NCBI GenBank assembly: GCA_046756565.1
Contig: JBHHWO010000005.1
Location: forward strand, 1 to 63,477
Direction of reading: 5' to 3'
Length of the DNA stretch: 63,477 nucleotides
From: Thermoanaerobaculia bacterium
GTDB lineage: Bacteria > Acidobacteriota > Thermoanaerobaculia > Multivoradales > JAHEKO01
This document shows, piece after piece, positions 1 through 9,663 of this stretch. The notes beneath the pieces were generated by a model. That model was not told the DNA's origin and searched no databases. It saw nothing but the letters and a program-made list of their open reading frames with translations. The first letter of the stretch is position 1; the number at the start of each line of letters is the position of its first letter. The position numbers and the translations under genes were made by a program.

Positions 1-62
1 TGCGGCCGCGCGCTTGGACTAGGATCGTGATCCGCGACAACACGTCACCAAAGGAGATCCCG

Positions 63-1262
63 ATGCTCGCTGAACGCATACCCGATATTCAGAAGGCCCT
101 CGCCGAGATGGGCGTCGACGGTTGGCTCTTCTCCTGCTTTCAGCACAGCGATCCGGTGAGTCTCGAGCTACTGGGGCTAACCGGCGATCACCTGGTGACC
201 CGGCGCTGCTACTACCTGATCCCGACCCAAGGCGAGCCGCGGCGGCTGATGCACAGGCTCGAGCCGAAGATGCTGGGACATCTTGCCGGCATCGAGAGCT
301 TCTATCTGACCTGGAAGGAGCATCGTCATGCGATGGCGGAACTGCTCGACGGCTGCACCCGGGTGGCGGCGCAGTACTCCCCCGACAATGCCCTGCCGGC
401 GGTGTCGCGGCTCGACGCCGGTACGGTGGAGCTTCTTTCGGGCCTTGGGGTCACGGTCGCCTCGTCGGCCGATCTGGTGCAGAAGTTCGCGGCGGTCTGG
501 TCCGACGAGCAGCTCGAAAGCCACCGGCGCGCGAACACTCACCTTCACGAGATCGTGAAGATGGCCTTCGATCTCGTCGCGCACAAGCTCAAGGACGGCG
601 AGGAACCCCAGGAGTACGCGATCCAGCAATACATCCTGGAGCAATTCGAAAACCGGGGCATGTGGACGGAATCACCGCCGATCGTGGGCGTCAACGAGCA
701 CAGCGCGGATCCTCACTACCAGCCGGGGCCGGATCTCTCGACCGCGATCAAGAAGGGCGACCTTCTCTTGATCGACCTGTGGGCCAAAGAAAAGCCCGAG
801 GTATTCGGAGCAGGAGCCGTTTACGGCGACATCACCTGGTGCGGGGTGTGTCGAGCCGAGCCGACCGAGCGTGAAGTCGAGCTCTGGACGACGGCGGTGG
901 CGGCGCGCGACGCCGGCTGGCAGCTGGTCGCCGACAACTTCCCGCACACGACGGTGCGCGGGTTCGAGGTCGACGACGCCACCCGGGAAGTTATCGAGGC
1001 CGCGGGGCTCGGGGAGTGGTTCATCCACAGGACGGGCCATTCGATCGGCATCCAGGACCACGGCCAGGGCGCCAACATGGACAACCTCGAGACCCACGAC
1101 ACCCGGCCGCTCGAGCCGATGACCGGGTTTTCGATCGAGCCCGGAATCTACCTTCCCGGCGAGTTCGGGGTGCGCACCGAGATCAACGTGGCGCTGACGC
1201 GCGAGGCCGCCGAGATCACGGGTGCGGAGCCGCAGGTGGACCTGCTGCGGTTGCTGGCGTAG
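63..1262 (+). CDS. Xaa-Pro aminopeptidase, M24 family
   Basis: M24 metal ligands visible: IDLW, GDIT, HRTGH, SIEPG, RTE. AAGGAG RBS precedes ATG 63. Confidence 0.88.
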   Translation: MLAERIPDIQKALAEMGVDGWLFSCFQHSDPVSLELLGLTGDHLVTRRCYYLIPTQGEPRRLMHRLEPKMLGHLAGIESFYLTWKEHRHAMAELLDGCTRVAAQYSPDNALPAVSRLDAGTVELLSGLGVTVASSADLVQKFAAVWSDEQLESHRRANTHLHEIVKMAFDLVAHKLKDGEEPQEYAIQQYILEQFENRGMWTESPPIVGVNEHSADPHYQPGPDLSTAIKKGDLLLIDLWAKEKPEVFGAGAVYGDITWCGVCRAEPTEREVELWTTAVAARDAGWQLVADNFPHTTVRGFEVDDATREVIEAAGLGEWFIHRTGHSIGIQDHGQGANMDNLETHDTRPLEPMTGFSIEPGIYLPGEFGVRTEINVALTREAAEITGAEPQVDLLRLLA

Positions 1263-1293
1263 ACGAAGGACGGCCACCACCCTTCCCCCACCC

Positions 1294-1462
1294 CGTCATC
1301 CTGAGCGTCAGCGAAGGATCCCGACAAGTACGAGCCGACACCGCAGCCGGTGCGGCGACACGAGATTCTTCGCTTCGCTCAGAATGACAATGGGGGATCC
1401 AGACCCTCCGCTTCGCTCAGAATGACAATGGGGTCCATACCCTCCGCTGCGCTCAGAATGAC
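1294..1462. repeat. CGTC-tagged REP-like palindrome pair plus two extra tandem right arms
   Basis: Left arm CGTCATCCTGAGCGTCAGCGAAGGATC at 1294; inverted arm GAGATTCTTCGCTTCGCTCAGAATGAC at 1362-1388; CGCT(T/G)CGCTCAGAATGAC repeated at 1409 and 1445. Lies between convergent genes. Confidence 0.85.
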
Positions 1463-1480
1463 AAACGGGTCCCGGCTCCT

Positions 1481-1993
1481 CTACCCCGCCTCTTTGGCCG
1501 CGTAGAGCATCTTGCGCATGGAGGGGTAGCCCCTTTCGGTACGCAGAACCCCGATCTGGCCGATGTGGTACGACTCGTGCCACGCGATGAAGGACAGCCG
1601 GCCGCGCAGGGTCTGGTCCGGAGTCGGGAAGCCGCCGTCGTCGGCAGCCAGCGCATCTTCATCCGACAGCGAATCCAGGGCCGCATGGAGTTTCTCGGCT
1701 CCGGCGTCCCAGCCGGCGCGCAGCTCGGCGATCGGCGGGTAGGCCGAGGCGTCCTTCGACCCTACGCCGGAGCCGTAGAGCTCGGCGTACGGGTTCTCCT
1801 CGACGGTGCCCAGGAGCTTCATGAGCCCGTAGCGCGAGGACGAGATGTGCCCGACGATGTATGAGATCGAGCTGCCGTCGCCGCCCTTGAGCCGCCAGCC
1901 GGCGTCCTCGTCGGTGAGATCGGAGAGCCCGATCGAGAGCATCTGCGAATTGAACCTGAACTGCGTCTCCGCGGCGAGGATGAGATCACTCAT
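1481..1993 (-). CDS. DinB family protein
   Basis: VGHI and HESYHIGQI motifs give the DinB/YfiT His triad; 170 aa. Confidence 0.85.
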   Translation of the reverse strand: MSDLILAAETQFRFNSQMLSIGLSDLTDEDAGWRLKGGDGSSISYIVGHISSSRYGLMKLLGTVEENPYAELYGSGVGSKDASAYPPIAELRAGWDAGAEKLHAALDSLSDEDALAADDGGFPTPDQTLRGRLSFIAWHESYHIGQIGVLRTERGYPSMRKMLYAAKEAG

Positions 1994-2016
1994 AGCGTAC
2001 TCCTATTTGATCGCGC

Positions 2017-2499
2017 CTATTTGATGGCTCCGGCGCGTCCGCAGACACGGCGCAAGAGCCCGGTCTGGCCGACGTGGTAAGCCTGATGGAAGGCGGTCAG
2101 GCCGGCGAGCGACCCTACCGTCTCGTCGGGGTTGTTGGTCGGTGAATAGGGCGCGGGCGCTGCGAGCTCCTCGGCGGTCAACACCCTCAAGCGCTCGACG
2201 ACGCGGCCGTGCGCGGTGCCGAAGTCTGCGAGAAGCTGGTCGAAGGCGACGGCCCGGTCCGCGCTTATCGGCTCGGATCCGCGCTTGTAGTCCTCGTTCT
2301 GTTCGTCGGTCCAGACTTTCTCGCCGCCGATCGCCCCGAGCAGACTGTTGTAGGCGGACACCAGGTGGCCGACCACCCAGTTGAGGCTGTTGCCACCGGG
2401 CTCTGGCGAGCGGAGGCTGTCTTCGTGACTGAGGCCGTCGACGTTGGCGTGTAGCACCAGATTGGCGGCTTCGAGTTGACTGGCGAGCGCGTGCTGCAT
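2017..2499 (-). CDS. DinB family protein
   Basis: NSLNWVVGHL and HQAYHVGQ motifs. Start placed at ATG 2499 after an AAAGGGG RBS. Confidence 0.85.
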   Translation of the reverse strand: MQHALASQLEAANLVLHANVDGLSHEDSLRSPEPGGNSLNWVVGHLVSAYNSLLGAIGGEKVWTDEQNEDYKRGSEPISADRAVAFDQLLADFGTAHGRVVERLRVLTAEELAAPAPYSPTNNPDETVGSLAGLTAFHQAYHVGQTGLLRRVCGRAGAIK

Positions 2500-2501
2500 G
2501 G

Positions 2502-2936
2502 CTACCCCTTTCTGATTTGGATCTGGGTCTCCTCCCCCAGGGCGTCGAGCACCCGTCGAAAACCGGTCAGATCTCGTGGTTTGACGCGCGCAATCACGTT
2601 TTCGTCGAACTTCTCGACGACCTTGCGCGCCTGGCGCCCGACGCGGGTGCCTTCGGTCGTCGTGGCAATCAAGAACCCTCGTCGATCCTCGGGATCGATC
2701 GAGCGCTCGATCCAACCACGGCGCTCCAGGCGATCCAGGAGGCTGGTGAGGGTAGACGGCTTGTGCCCGAACACCTTGCGCAGCTCGGCGATCTTCGACG
2801 GCCCGTAGGCCGCGACGAAGGCGAGCAGGTGGCCGTCCTTTCCTTCGAGACCCTGAGCGCGAACCTTGTCCCCGAGGTGAAGGCTCATCTGCCGCATGGC
2901 TTTGTGCATCGGCGAGACGATCTGTAGCGGCTTCAT
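2502..2936 (-). CDS. MarR family transcriptional regulator
   Basis: wHTH signature STLTSLLDRLERRGWIERSIDPEDRR. Confidence 0.9.
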   Translation of the reverse strand: MKPLQIVSPMHKAMRQMSLHLGDKVRAQGLEGKDGHLLAFVAAYGPSKIAELRKVFGHKPSTLTSLLDRLERRGWIERSIDPEDRRGFLIATTTEGTRVGRQARKVVEKFDENVIARVKPRDLTGFRRVLDALGEETQIQIRKG

Positions 2937-2995
2937 GCCGTAATTATTACGTATCCGTGTTATACGATGCCGTATTATCTACACTCGTACAAATT
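2937..2995 (-). promoter_or_regulatory. AT-rich marR promoter/operator region
   Basis: Perfect IR ATACG-atgc-CGTAT at 2962-2975 and a related box TACG-tatc-CGTG at 2948-2959, directly upstream of marR. Confidence 0.5.
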
Positions 2996-3036
2996 TCTCA
3001 AGGGGGACGCATCGTCATCCCGAGCGCTCTCGCACC

Positions 3037-6000
3037 CTATCCTTCCAGCGCCGCTCGCAGTCTCTCGCGGAGAACGTCCAGCAGGTAGGGTTTTTGGACG
3101 AAGCCGGCGACGCCGCTCTCTTCGAACCGACTCGAAGTGGCCTCCTCGTTGTAACCACTGGAAAGGAGGACCTTCGCGTCCTTCTTGATCCGTCGAATCT
3201 CGGCAAAGGTCTCCTGTCCACCCATGCGAGGCATCGCCAGATCGAGAACGACCAGGACGATGTCGTCGGCCCGGTCTCTGAAGATCTCCAGGGCCTCGAC
3301 ACCGTCCGCCGCCGTGAGAACGGAAAAACCCAGAACCTTCAGCATTCTGCTCCCAACGATGCGAACCACTTCTTCGTCGTCGACCAGCAGCACCGTGCCA
3401 TCTCCGGTCCAGGCCGAATCTGTAGCGATCCGGTCCTGCCGTTTCGAAACGGGTTTTCCGCAGCCCGGAAAGAGCACACTGACCCGGGTGCCGCATCCCG
3501 GCTCACTTTCCACTTCGATCGCCCCGCTGTGACCCCTGACGATCCCGAGCACTGCGGCCAGACCCAGACCTCGTCCGGTGAACTTCGTGGTGAAGAACGG
3601 GTCGAAGATCCTCTCCCGGGTTTCTTCATCCATCCCACCGCCGGTGTCGGTGATCTCTACGAATACGTAGTCACCCTGGGGCAGCTCTCGAGCATCAGGC
3701 GAAAGCGGCTGCGAATCAGCCTTGTATTCGATCTGCCCTGTCCTGACGGCAACGACACCCGAGGCGTCGCCGATGGCCTCGGCGCCGTTGGTGATCAAGT
3801 TCAGTACCACCTGCCGAAGCTGCGTGGGATCGGCTTCGACCGATGGAAGATTCTCTCCGAGGTCGTACTCGACCTTCACCTTCTTGGACACTGCCACCTC
3901 GACCAGCTGAGCCGTTTCAGCGACGAGATCAGAGAGGTCGACCTCCTCGATCACGAACTTGCCACGGCCCGAGTACGCCAGGAGCTGGTTGGCCAGATCG
4001 GCCGCACGTTGCGCCGAGACCTCGATGTCTTTCACGTGCGCGCGCGCCGGCACGGACGGCGCCAGTTCCGCGAGGGCCACGCTGGCATTGCTCAGAACGC
4101 CGACCAGCACGTTGTTGAAATCGTGAGCGATCCCTCCGGCAAGAACCCCGAGACTCTCGAGCTTCTGTGCTTGCTGGACCTTTGTTTCGAGCTTGATTCG
4201 CTCTTCTTCTGCCTTCTTGCGCTCCGTGATGTCCTGGACCATGCCGATCGCGAAGAGCGGCTCTCCCTCCGGATCACGCACCAGCGACACGGTCAGGTAT
4301 CCCCAAATCGTCTCGCCGCTTTTCGTGGTGTAACGCTTTTCCATCTCGTAGTGGGGCAGCGTCCCTGCGGTCAGTTTCCGGAACTGCTGCAGGTCGGCAT
4401 CGACATCCTCGGGATGAGTGAACTCGGCGAACTTCATGGCGGCCAGCTCCTCGCCGCTGTAGCCCAGCATTCTCTGCAGAGCCGCATTCGAGATCGAAGG
4501 GTGCTCGTCCGCATCGACCACCGCCACACCAACCGCGGCGTTCTCGAAGACCGCTCGAAACTGTTCTTCGCTCGCGCTCAAGGCCGCTTCCGCCCTTTCC
4601 CGTTCGAGAATCTCCCGGCGCAGCTCCTCGTTGGAGCTCTCCATCGTCGATGCTCGTCCGGCGACGACCAGCAGAAACGCGCCAAGCAGGCTGGTGAAGA
4701 ACAGGCCGCCGGCAAGAATGGCCCAGACCTTGCCCCACTGCGCTCCCGATGTGTATCCGGGACCGGGCCGGAATCGGGCCGTCCAGCGGCGCCCTCCGAT
4801 CTCGAGGTCGGTCGACCAGACGAGCCTGGCCGGGACACCGGCCGCTTGATGCGAGGTGCGATCGCTGTAGAGCACCCGGGCGTTCTCCGGATCGGAGGTA
4901 TCGATGATCTCGTACTCGATGTCCTCTCCCTGAAAGGACGCGAAGGCCTCCTCCACCATCTGCTCGGCGACGAACACTGCCGATACGAAGGAGTGGAGGT
5001 TGCGTCGCCGTCGATCAGGTGTGTCGTGGAGCGAGCCTCTGCGGTAGATGGGCGCAATGAACAGGAAGCCCGGCTTTCCCTCGCCTTTCTGAACCAGGAA
5101 GATCGGAGGCGTGGCGACGGTCTGCCCGGTGTCACGTGCCTCCGCCAGAGCTCGCGCTCGGGCCGGGTCCGACGCCAGATCGAAGCCAAGCGCTTCCTCG
5201 TTGCCCTCATAGGGCTCCAGGTAGAAGACGACCACGTACTCGTCCCTGTCCTGCGCCGCCACCATTTCCCCTTCGGCGTTTCGCTCGGTGATGCGGAATT
5301 CGGCAAACCTATCCTGGCGCACCGCCTCCTCGACGGAATCTCGGCGATCTCTGGGCACCAGAGCATTCCAGCTCAGGCCGTGAAGGTCGGGATGGCGCTC
5401 GAACGCCTCCTGGACGAAGACCTGAAACTCGTCTCGATCGATCTGGTCTCTGATCGCGTAGAGACTCACGATCGACTGAGTGATGTCGCGCTTGGACAGG
5501 ACGGTCTGCTCGAGCGTCCGGGCCATGATCTCGGCACGCCGCTGGAACTCGGCCTGCTCTCTGCCAAGGTCCCCAGAGCGAGCGTCGAGATAGCCGAGCA
5601 CGGTGATCACGACAGCGGCCGCGACCGGTAGCGAGACGAAGAATCGCCTTCTCCGGCTCGCCCGGTGTAGCTCCATGCCCCACGCGGTGGCCAGAGGAAT
5701 GACCACCAACACCCCGATGGAATCACCCAGCCACCAAGTGCCCCAGCTTCGAAGGAGATCGGTTCGCTCGATGCTGCCAGTCAGAAGCAGGCTGCCGACA
5801 CCGATGGTCGCGCTGGTCAAGCAAGCCAGCGGCCCACCGAGGACCGTCGTCGCGGCGACTCTGTCCAAGCGATCGAAGCTACTCGGGAAGCCGACAAAGC
5901 GTCGAACCAGGTATGCACCCACGACCGCCTGCAAGGCCGCACCTCCGGCCACGCTTGCGGATAGAGCGATCGACAGAAGAGTCGTGCCGAGGCTCGTGGA

Positions 6001-6246
6001 GTCGAACGAGGTCGAAACAACGACCAGAAGAGCCCCGATAAAAACGCCAGACCATAGGCGGAATCCGAACAAGAGGATTCCCGCGAGGGCAATGCCGGCA
6101 GGAGGCCAAAGAGCCATCGCATAGCCGGGTGGGATCTCCAAGAAGAGAGTCAGCCTACCGACGGCGAAATACACTGCCGCGATTCCGGCGATCTTCGCAA
6201 TCGAACCCAACGCCGGAGACTCGGGCTTCCTCTGAGTCTCTCCCAT
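3037..6246 (-). CDS. Hybrid sensor histidine kinase (MASE1-CHASE-PAS-HisKA-HATPase-REC)
   Basis: WPPAGIA and WWLGD (MASE1); ALGFDL (CHASE); THPED (PAS); AHDFNN H-box; DTGGGM and GRGLGL G-boxes; VDDE and DLAMP receiver. Confidence 0.92.
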   Translation of the reverse strand: MGETQRKPESPALGSIAKIAGIAAVYFAVGRLTLFLEIPPGYAMALWPPAGIALAGILLFGFRLWSGVFIGALLVVVSTSFDSTSLGTTLLSIALSASVAGGAALQAVVGAYLVRRFVGFPSSFDRLDRVAATTVLGGPLACLTSATIGVGSLLLTGSIERTDLLRSWGTWWLGDSIGVLVVIPLATAWGMELHRASRRRRFFVSLPVAAAVVITVLGYLDARSGDLGREQAEFQRRAEIMARTLEQTVLSKRDITQSIVSLYAIRDQIDRDEFQVFVQEAFERHPDLHGLSWNALVPRDRRDSVEEAVRQDRFAEFRITERNAEGEMVAAQDRDEYVVVFYLEPYEGNEEALGFDLASDPARARALAEARDTGQTVATPPIFLVQKGEGKPGFLFIAPIYRRGSLHDTPDRRRRNLHSFVSAVFVAEQMVEEAFASFQGEDIEYEIIDTSDPENARVLYSDRTSHQAAGVPARLVWSTDLEIGGRRWTARFRPGPGYTSGAQWGKVWAILAGGLFFTSLLGAFLLVVAGRASTMESSNEELRREILERERAEAALSASEEQFRAVFENAAVGVAVVDADEHPSISNAALQRMLGYSGEELAAMKFAEFTHPEDVDADLQQFRKLTAGTLPHYEMEKRYTTKSGETIWGYLTVSLVRDPEGEPLFAIGMVQDITERKKAEEERIKLETKVQQAQKLESLGVLAGGIAHDFNNVLVGVLSNASVALAELAPSVPARAHVKDIEVSAQRAADLANQLLAYSGRGKFVIEEVDLSDLVAETAQLVEVAVSKKVKVEYDLGENLPSVEADPTQLRQVVLNLITNGAEAIGDASGVVAVRTGQIEYKADSQPLSPDARELPQGDYVFVEITDTGGGMDEETRERIFDPFFTTKFTGRGLGLAAVLGIVRGHSGAIEVESEPGCGTRVSVLFPGCGKPVSKRQDRIATDSAWTGDGTVLLVDDEEVVRIVGSRMLKVLGFSVLTAADGVEALEIFRDRADDIVLVVLDLAMPRMGGQETFAEIRRIKKDAKVLLSSGYNEEATSSRFEESGVAGFVQKPYLLDVLRERLRAALEG

Positions 6247-6344
6247 GTCTTCCGTGGAACCTTGTTCTTACTATATCGTTGGTGGTGGGTGAGCATGTCG
6301 GCAGCGCATCCTCTCCGCGGCGGCAATGAAGTAGGGTCGCCGAA

Positions 6345-7139
6345 GTGACGCACGAGCTTCCGCCTGCGGGTCGACCGCCCGGCGTGTTGGATCTTCTCGA
6401 GAGCACGGACGAACACCCCCTCGATCCCGCCTGGCGCGCGGACGCGCTCGGCCGCAGCCGGCACAGCCGGCTGGCGGACGAGGTCCGCAATCGAGTCGAC
6501 GATTCGGACCCCGGCCGGGCGGAGCTGGTCTGCGCGCGAATCGCCCGTGAAGCACTCGGCGACTACGCGCCGGCCCTGATCCTGCTGTCGAAGGAGAGGC
6601 GCCGGCGGGCCCAGGCGCTCGCGGCCTGGACGGCAACGCTCTTCGATCTCGCGCTCCGGCCGGGCCTGGCGGGTCTCGACGGTGACCGCTTGGCCCAGAT
6701 CAACGCTTGGGAGTTCCAGACCGAGGAAGCGCTCGAAGGCGATCCGCCGGGCCAGCCGGTGTTCGTGATGCTCGCGCGGGTCGGCGAGGGCGAGCCATGG
6801 CCAAGAGAAGCGCTGGATCGGATCGTTGCAGCGGCAAGGAGAGTGGCGATGAGCGGAGGAGACGTCGACGCCGACACCGCGGAGGCGATAGTCGAAGCGC
6901 TGTGCGGGACCGGGTCGGCAGCGCCAGAGATCCGCGAAGCCCTCGTACCCCTCGTCGAAGCGGCGTTGAGTTCAAAGCTCGACGTGTCGTCGGTCGACCT
7001 CACGTTTGCACCGCTCGGATGGCGACACGCGGCAGGCTACGTGCGGCGGGTATGTGAACTGCACTTCGCCGGGGAACGGCAGCTCGGCGTGAAGAGACGG
7101 CTGGCGTTGCTGGCTGCGTCGGTGTTGAGGCCGCGGTAG
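6345..7139 (+). CDS. Degenerate squalene/phytoene synthase (HpnC-like) protein
   Basis: Segment ALILLSKERRRRAQALAAW...RLAQINAWE...PVFVML resembles the SQS/PSY N-terminus, but no DDxxD motif is present. TAGGGT box 7 nt before GTG. Confidence 0.5.
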   Translation: MTHELPPAGRPPGVLDLLESTDEHPLDPAWRADALGRSRHSRLADEVRNRVDDSDPGRAELVCARIAREALGDYAPALILLSKERRRRAQALAAWTATLFDLALRPGLAGLDGDRLAQINAWEFQTEEALEGDPPGQPVFVMLARVGEGEPWPREALDRIVAAARRVAMSGGDVDADTAEAIVEALCGTGSAAPEIREALVPLVEAALSSKLDVSSVDLTFAPLGWRHAAGYVRRVCELHFAGERQLGVKRRLALLAASVLRPR

Positions 7140-7255
7140 GCGAGGAGCTCCCGACGCTCGCGGATCCAACGGCTCACACCGGGGCACGACGCGACCTGAG
7201 GAGGATTCACGCTGCGCGAGGCGTCAGCCGGAGCCGGCTGCACTTCCTTCCGGCG

Positions 7256-7642
7256 TCAATCGGCGTAGAACTGGCCGATCTTCTCCACGACCCGATCGCC
7301 GGCGTAGTACACGGTACGCATTCGATAGTGGGTATCACCCGGACTCAGACTCCAGCGGTCCGCCCGGTTCCAGTCGATCCGCTCAGCGGTCCAGGTCGCC
7401 AGCGGCTCGCCGAGGAGGGTGTGGACTTCGTCGCGAGTCATGCCGGCTTCGACCCGCCGGAAGGCTTCGGCCGTGTAGCCGTCGGCGAAGACGGTGTCTT
7501 CGCCGAAGAGAACGCCGTTGAGGAATCCGTTGCCGCCGTCGATCGCCCATTCGGCCACGCCGGGCGCCGCCCGGACCGCGAGGGCGGCCACGAGGGCGAG
7601 CGCGAGAACGGCAACGATGGCGCGCGAGATTCTCTTCGGCAT
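7256..7642 (-). CDS. Exported SmpA/BamE-like domain protein
   Basis: Signal peptide, then FRRVEAGMTRDEVHTLLGEP motif. Confidence 0.6.
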   Translation of the reverse strand: MPKRISRAIVAVLALALVAALAVRAAPGVAEWAIDGGNGFLNGVLFGEDTVFADGYTAEAFRRVEAGMTRDEVHTLLGEPLATWTAERIDWNRADRWSLSPGDTHYRMRTVYYAGDRVVEKIGQFYAD

Positions 7643-7718
7643 TCCGTGAGGAAAGAAAGCAAGAAACGAGCCGAGGGGGCCGTGTCGAGCCGATGCGAGC
7701 GAAGCGGATCTCTCTCGA

Positions 7719-7807
7719 GGGATTCTTCGCTGCGCTCAGAATGATGGGGTGGGGCGACGGCCGACACCCTTCGCTACGCTCGAGGGCAGGCTCCGGTCGG
7801 CCCCTAC
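7719..7807. repeat. Composite REP cluster (CGTC-type arm, GTAG-type palindrome, nested arm)
   Basis: GGGATTCTTCGCTGCGCTCAGAATGA at 7719-7744; GTGGGGCGACGG...GGTCGGCCCCTAC at 7749-7807 enclosing CCCTTCGCTACGCTCGAGGGCAGGCT at 7767-7792. Confidence 0.65.
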
Positions 7808-7887
7808 AACCGGGGTTTCAGGCAGGCCAGCGGTCGTTCTAGCGGCCTAGCTCAGTCCAGGCCGGCCGCGTCCCGAACGCATCAGGC

Positions 7888-8559
7888 CTACGAGGCCGTT
7901 TCGGGCTCGACCAGGATCTTGACGGCGGCTCGCAGGCCCAGGCTCATGCTCTCACCGTTCGCCACCACCAAAGCGATCGAGTCTGCCGCGCGATCGAGCT
8001 CAACGACACGAAGCCGGCTCCCCAGCGTGACGCCTTCGCGCTCGAGCAGCTTCAGGAACTCAGCGCTCTGGTCGAGGACACGGGCGACGACTACGCTGTC
8101 GCCGGGCTGGGCGCGCGCCAGGGACAAGTGGTCCATCGTCGCAACCTCTCCACCCGCCGTCGGAATGGGATCGCCGTGGGGATCGACCGTCGGCCGACCC
8201 AGCATTTCGTCCATGAGCTCGACCAGCCGGTCCGAGATCGCATGTTCCAGCCGCTCGGCTTCGGTGTGCACCTCGCTCCAGTCCATGCCCATGACTTGGA
8301 CCAGGAACAGCTCGATCAGGCGATGCCGGCGCAGCACGTGGAGAGCCAGCTGGCGGCCCGAGTCGGTCAGCAGTACTCCGCTGTAGGGCTCGTAGTCGAC
8401 CAGGCCACTGTCGGCCAGGGTCTTGACCATGGTGGTTACCGTCCCGGGCGTCAGTTCCAGAGCCGAGGCAATCCGGCCCATTCCGACCCGTTTGCCCGGT
8501 CGGCGCTGCTCCTCGAGCGAGATCTGCTTGAGGTAGTCCTCGACGGTGCTCGTCGCCAT
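7888..8559 (-). CDS. DtxR/MntR family metal-dependent regulator with C-terminal FeoA domain
   Basis: EDYLK, RRHRLIE, EAERLEHAIS and DPHGDPIP motifs. Start ATG 8559. Confidence 0.92.
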   Translation of the reverse strand: MATSTVEDYLKQISLEEQRRPGKRVGMGRIASALELTPGTVTTMVKTLADSGLVDYEPYSGVLLTDSGRQLALHVLRRHRLIELFLVQVMGMDWSEVHTEAERLEHAISDRLVELMDEMLGRPTVDPHGDPIPTAGGEVATMDHLSLARAQPGDSVVVARVLDQSAEFLKLLEREGVTLGSRLRVVELDRAADSIALVVANGESMSLGLRAAVKILVEPETAS

Positions 8560-8570
8560 GGAGGGCGAGT

Positions 8571-9302
8571 TTAGCTCGCCGCAAGCGATTCGCCCGGCTC
8601 GAGCGCGACGACCTGGCACTCGACGGCCCGCGCGGCGACTTCGTCCCGAAAGGCGTCCACGGTGCCGGTGAGAACCGGGAAGGTACCGAAGTGAATCGGC
8701 ACCACCCTCGACAGGCCCAGAAACTCGCAGGCCAGGGCGGCGGTTCGCGGCCCCATGGTGAACAGATCGCCGATCGGCAGAAATCCCAGGCTCGGCGTGT
8801 AGAGGTCGGCGATCAGCTTCATATCCGAAAAGACCGCGGTGTCTCCCGCGTGGTAGAAGCTGAATCCCTCGGAGGTCCTCACGCAATAGCCGGATGCCGA
8901 CCCGCCGTCGAGGATGTTCGCGCCGTCGGTCTCGATGAGGCCGGACGAGTGATCGGCGCGCACCATAGTGACCTCGAGTCCGAGGACCTGTTGCGCGCCG
9001 CCGAGTCCCATGGGCGCCAGGTTGCCGACTCCCTTGCTCTCGAGCCAGGCACAGACCTCATAGCTCGCCACGACCTTCTTGGGACTGTGGCGCTTCGCCA
9101 GCGCCACCGCGTCGCCCATATGGTCCATGTGCGCGTGAGTGATGAGCATAGCGTCGATCTTCTCGATCTCGTGAAGCGACTCGGGGCACATGGGATTGCC
9201 CTCGACCCAGGGGTCGATCATCACGAAGCGACCGTCGCCGGTGCGGACTCCGACCGTCGAGTGGCCGTAGTAGAGAAAAGTGGGGCGGGCGGGCTCGGAC
9301 AT
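8571..9302 (-). CDS. Metal-dependent hydrolase, MBL fold (UPF0173-like)
   Basis: YGHST, THAHMDH, HAGDT, LPIGD and PIHFGTFP motifs. GGAGG RBS before ATG 9302. Confidence 0.9.
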   Translation of the reverse strand: MSEPARPTFLYYGHSTVGVRTGDGRFVMIDPWVEGNPMCPESLHEIEKIDAMLITHAHMDHMGDAVALAKRHSPKKVVASYEVCAWLESKGVGNLAPMGLGGAQQVLGLEVTMVRADHSSGLIETDGANILDGGSASGYCVRTSEGFSFYHAGDTAVFSDMKLIADLYTPSLGFLPIGDLFTMGPRTAALACEFLGLSRVVPIHFGTFPVLTGTVDAFRDEVAARAVECQVVALEPGESLAAS

Positions 9303-9386
9303 GTGAATACCTCCTGTGGCTAGACCCCGATCGTACGTCCGGCGACGGTCGGCGTCACCACGCGAGCGGGTGGGAAGCCGCTCGCG

Positions 9387-9413
9387 GGGATTCCTCGCTG
9401 CGCTCGGAATGAC
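9387..9413. repeat. REP-like arm (same family as 1362)
   Basis: GGGATTCCTCGCTGCGCTCGGAATGAC, preceded by hairpin CGCGAGCGG-N8-CCGCTCGCG at 9361-9386. Confidence 0.75.
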
Positions 9414-9486
9414 AAATGCGGGAGCGAGCCGGTCTCGAGCGGTGGGCGGCACATCTCTTGCTGCCTGTTCCTCTAGAACATGAGTG

Positions 9487-9654
9487 CTAGTGTCCTGTCC
9501 CAGTGATTCGCTACACAAATCTCGGGCCTTTCTGCACGCTGCCGGCGTTGCCACTCCTCAACATAGGCCCAGCTATGCTTGCGTCGTGGGCGCCTTGGCA
9601 GCGCACACCATGACCTCGAGCCTTATGCACCGAATCACTGGGACAGGACACTAG
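9487..9654. mobile_element. MITE-like element A, copy 1 (168 bp including CTAG ends)
   Basis: Perfect 24-bp terminal IR CTAGTGTCCTGTCCCAGTGATTCG. Identical to 50052-50219 except one base. No credible ORF. Confidence 0.88.
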
Positions 9655-9663
9655 ATTTCCGTC

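Noticed and set aside
1371-1464. CRISPR-like repeat-spacer pattern
   Set aside because: Only three ~20-bp repeats, linkers of 16-18 bp that resemble each other, the repeat is a dispersed REP arm, and no cas genes are present.
3094-5631. 845-aa ORF antisense to the histidine kinase, and many similar shadow ORFs
   Set aside because: Typical high-GC antisense or off-frame ORFs without motifs, overlapping clear genes.
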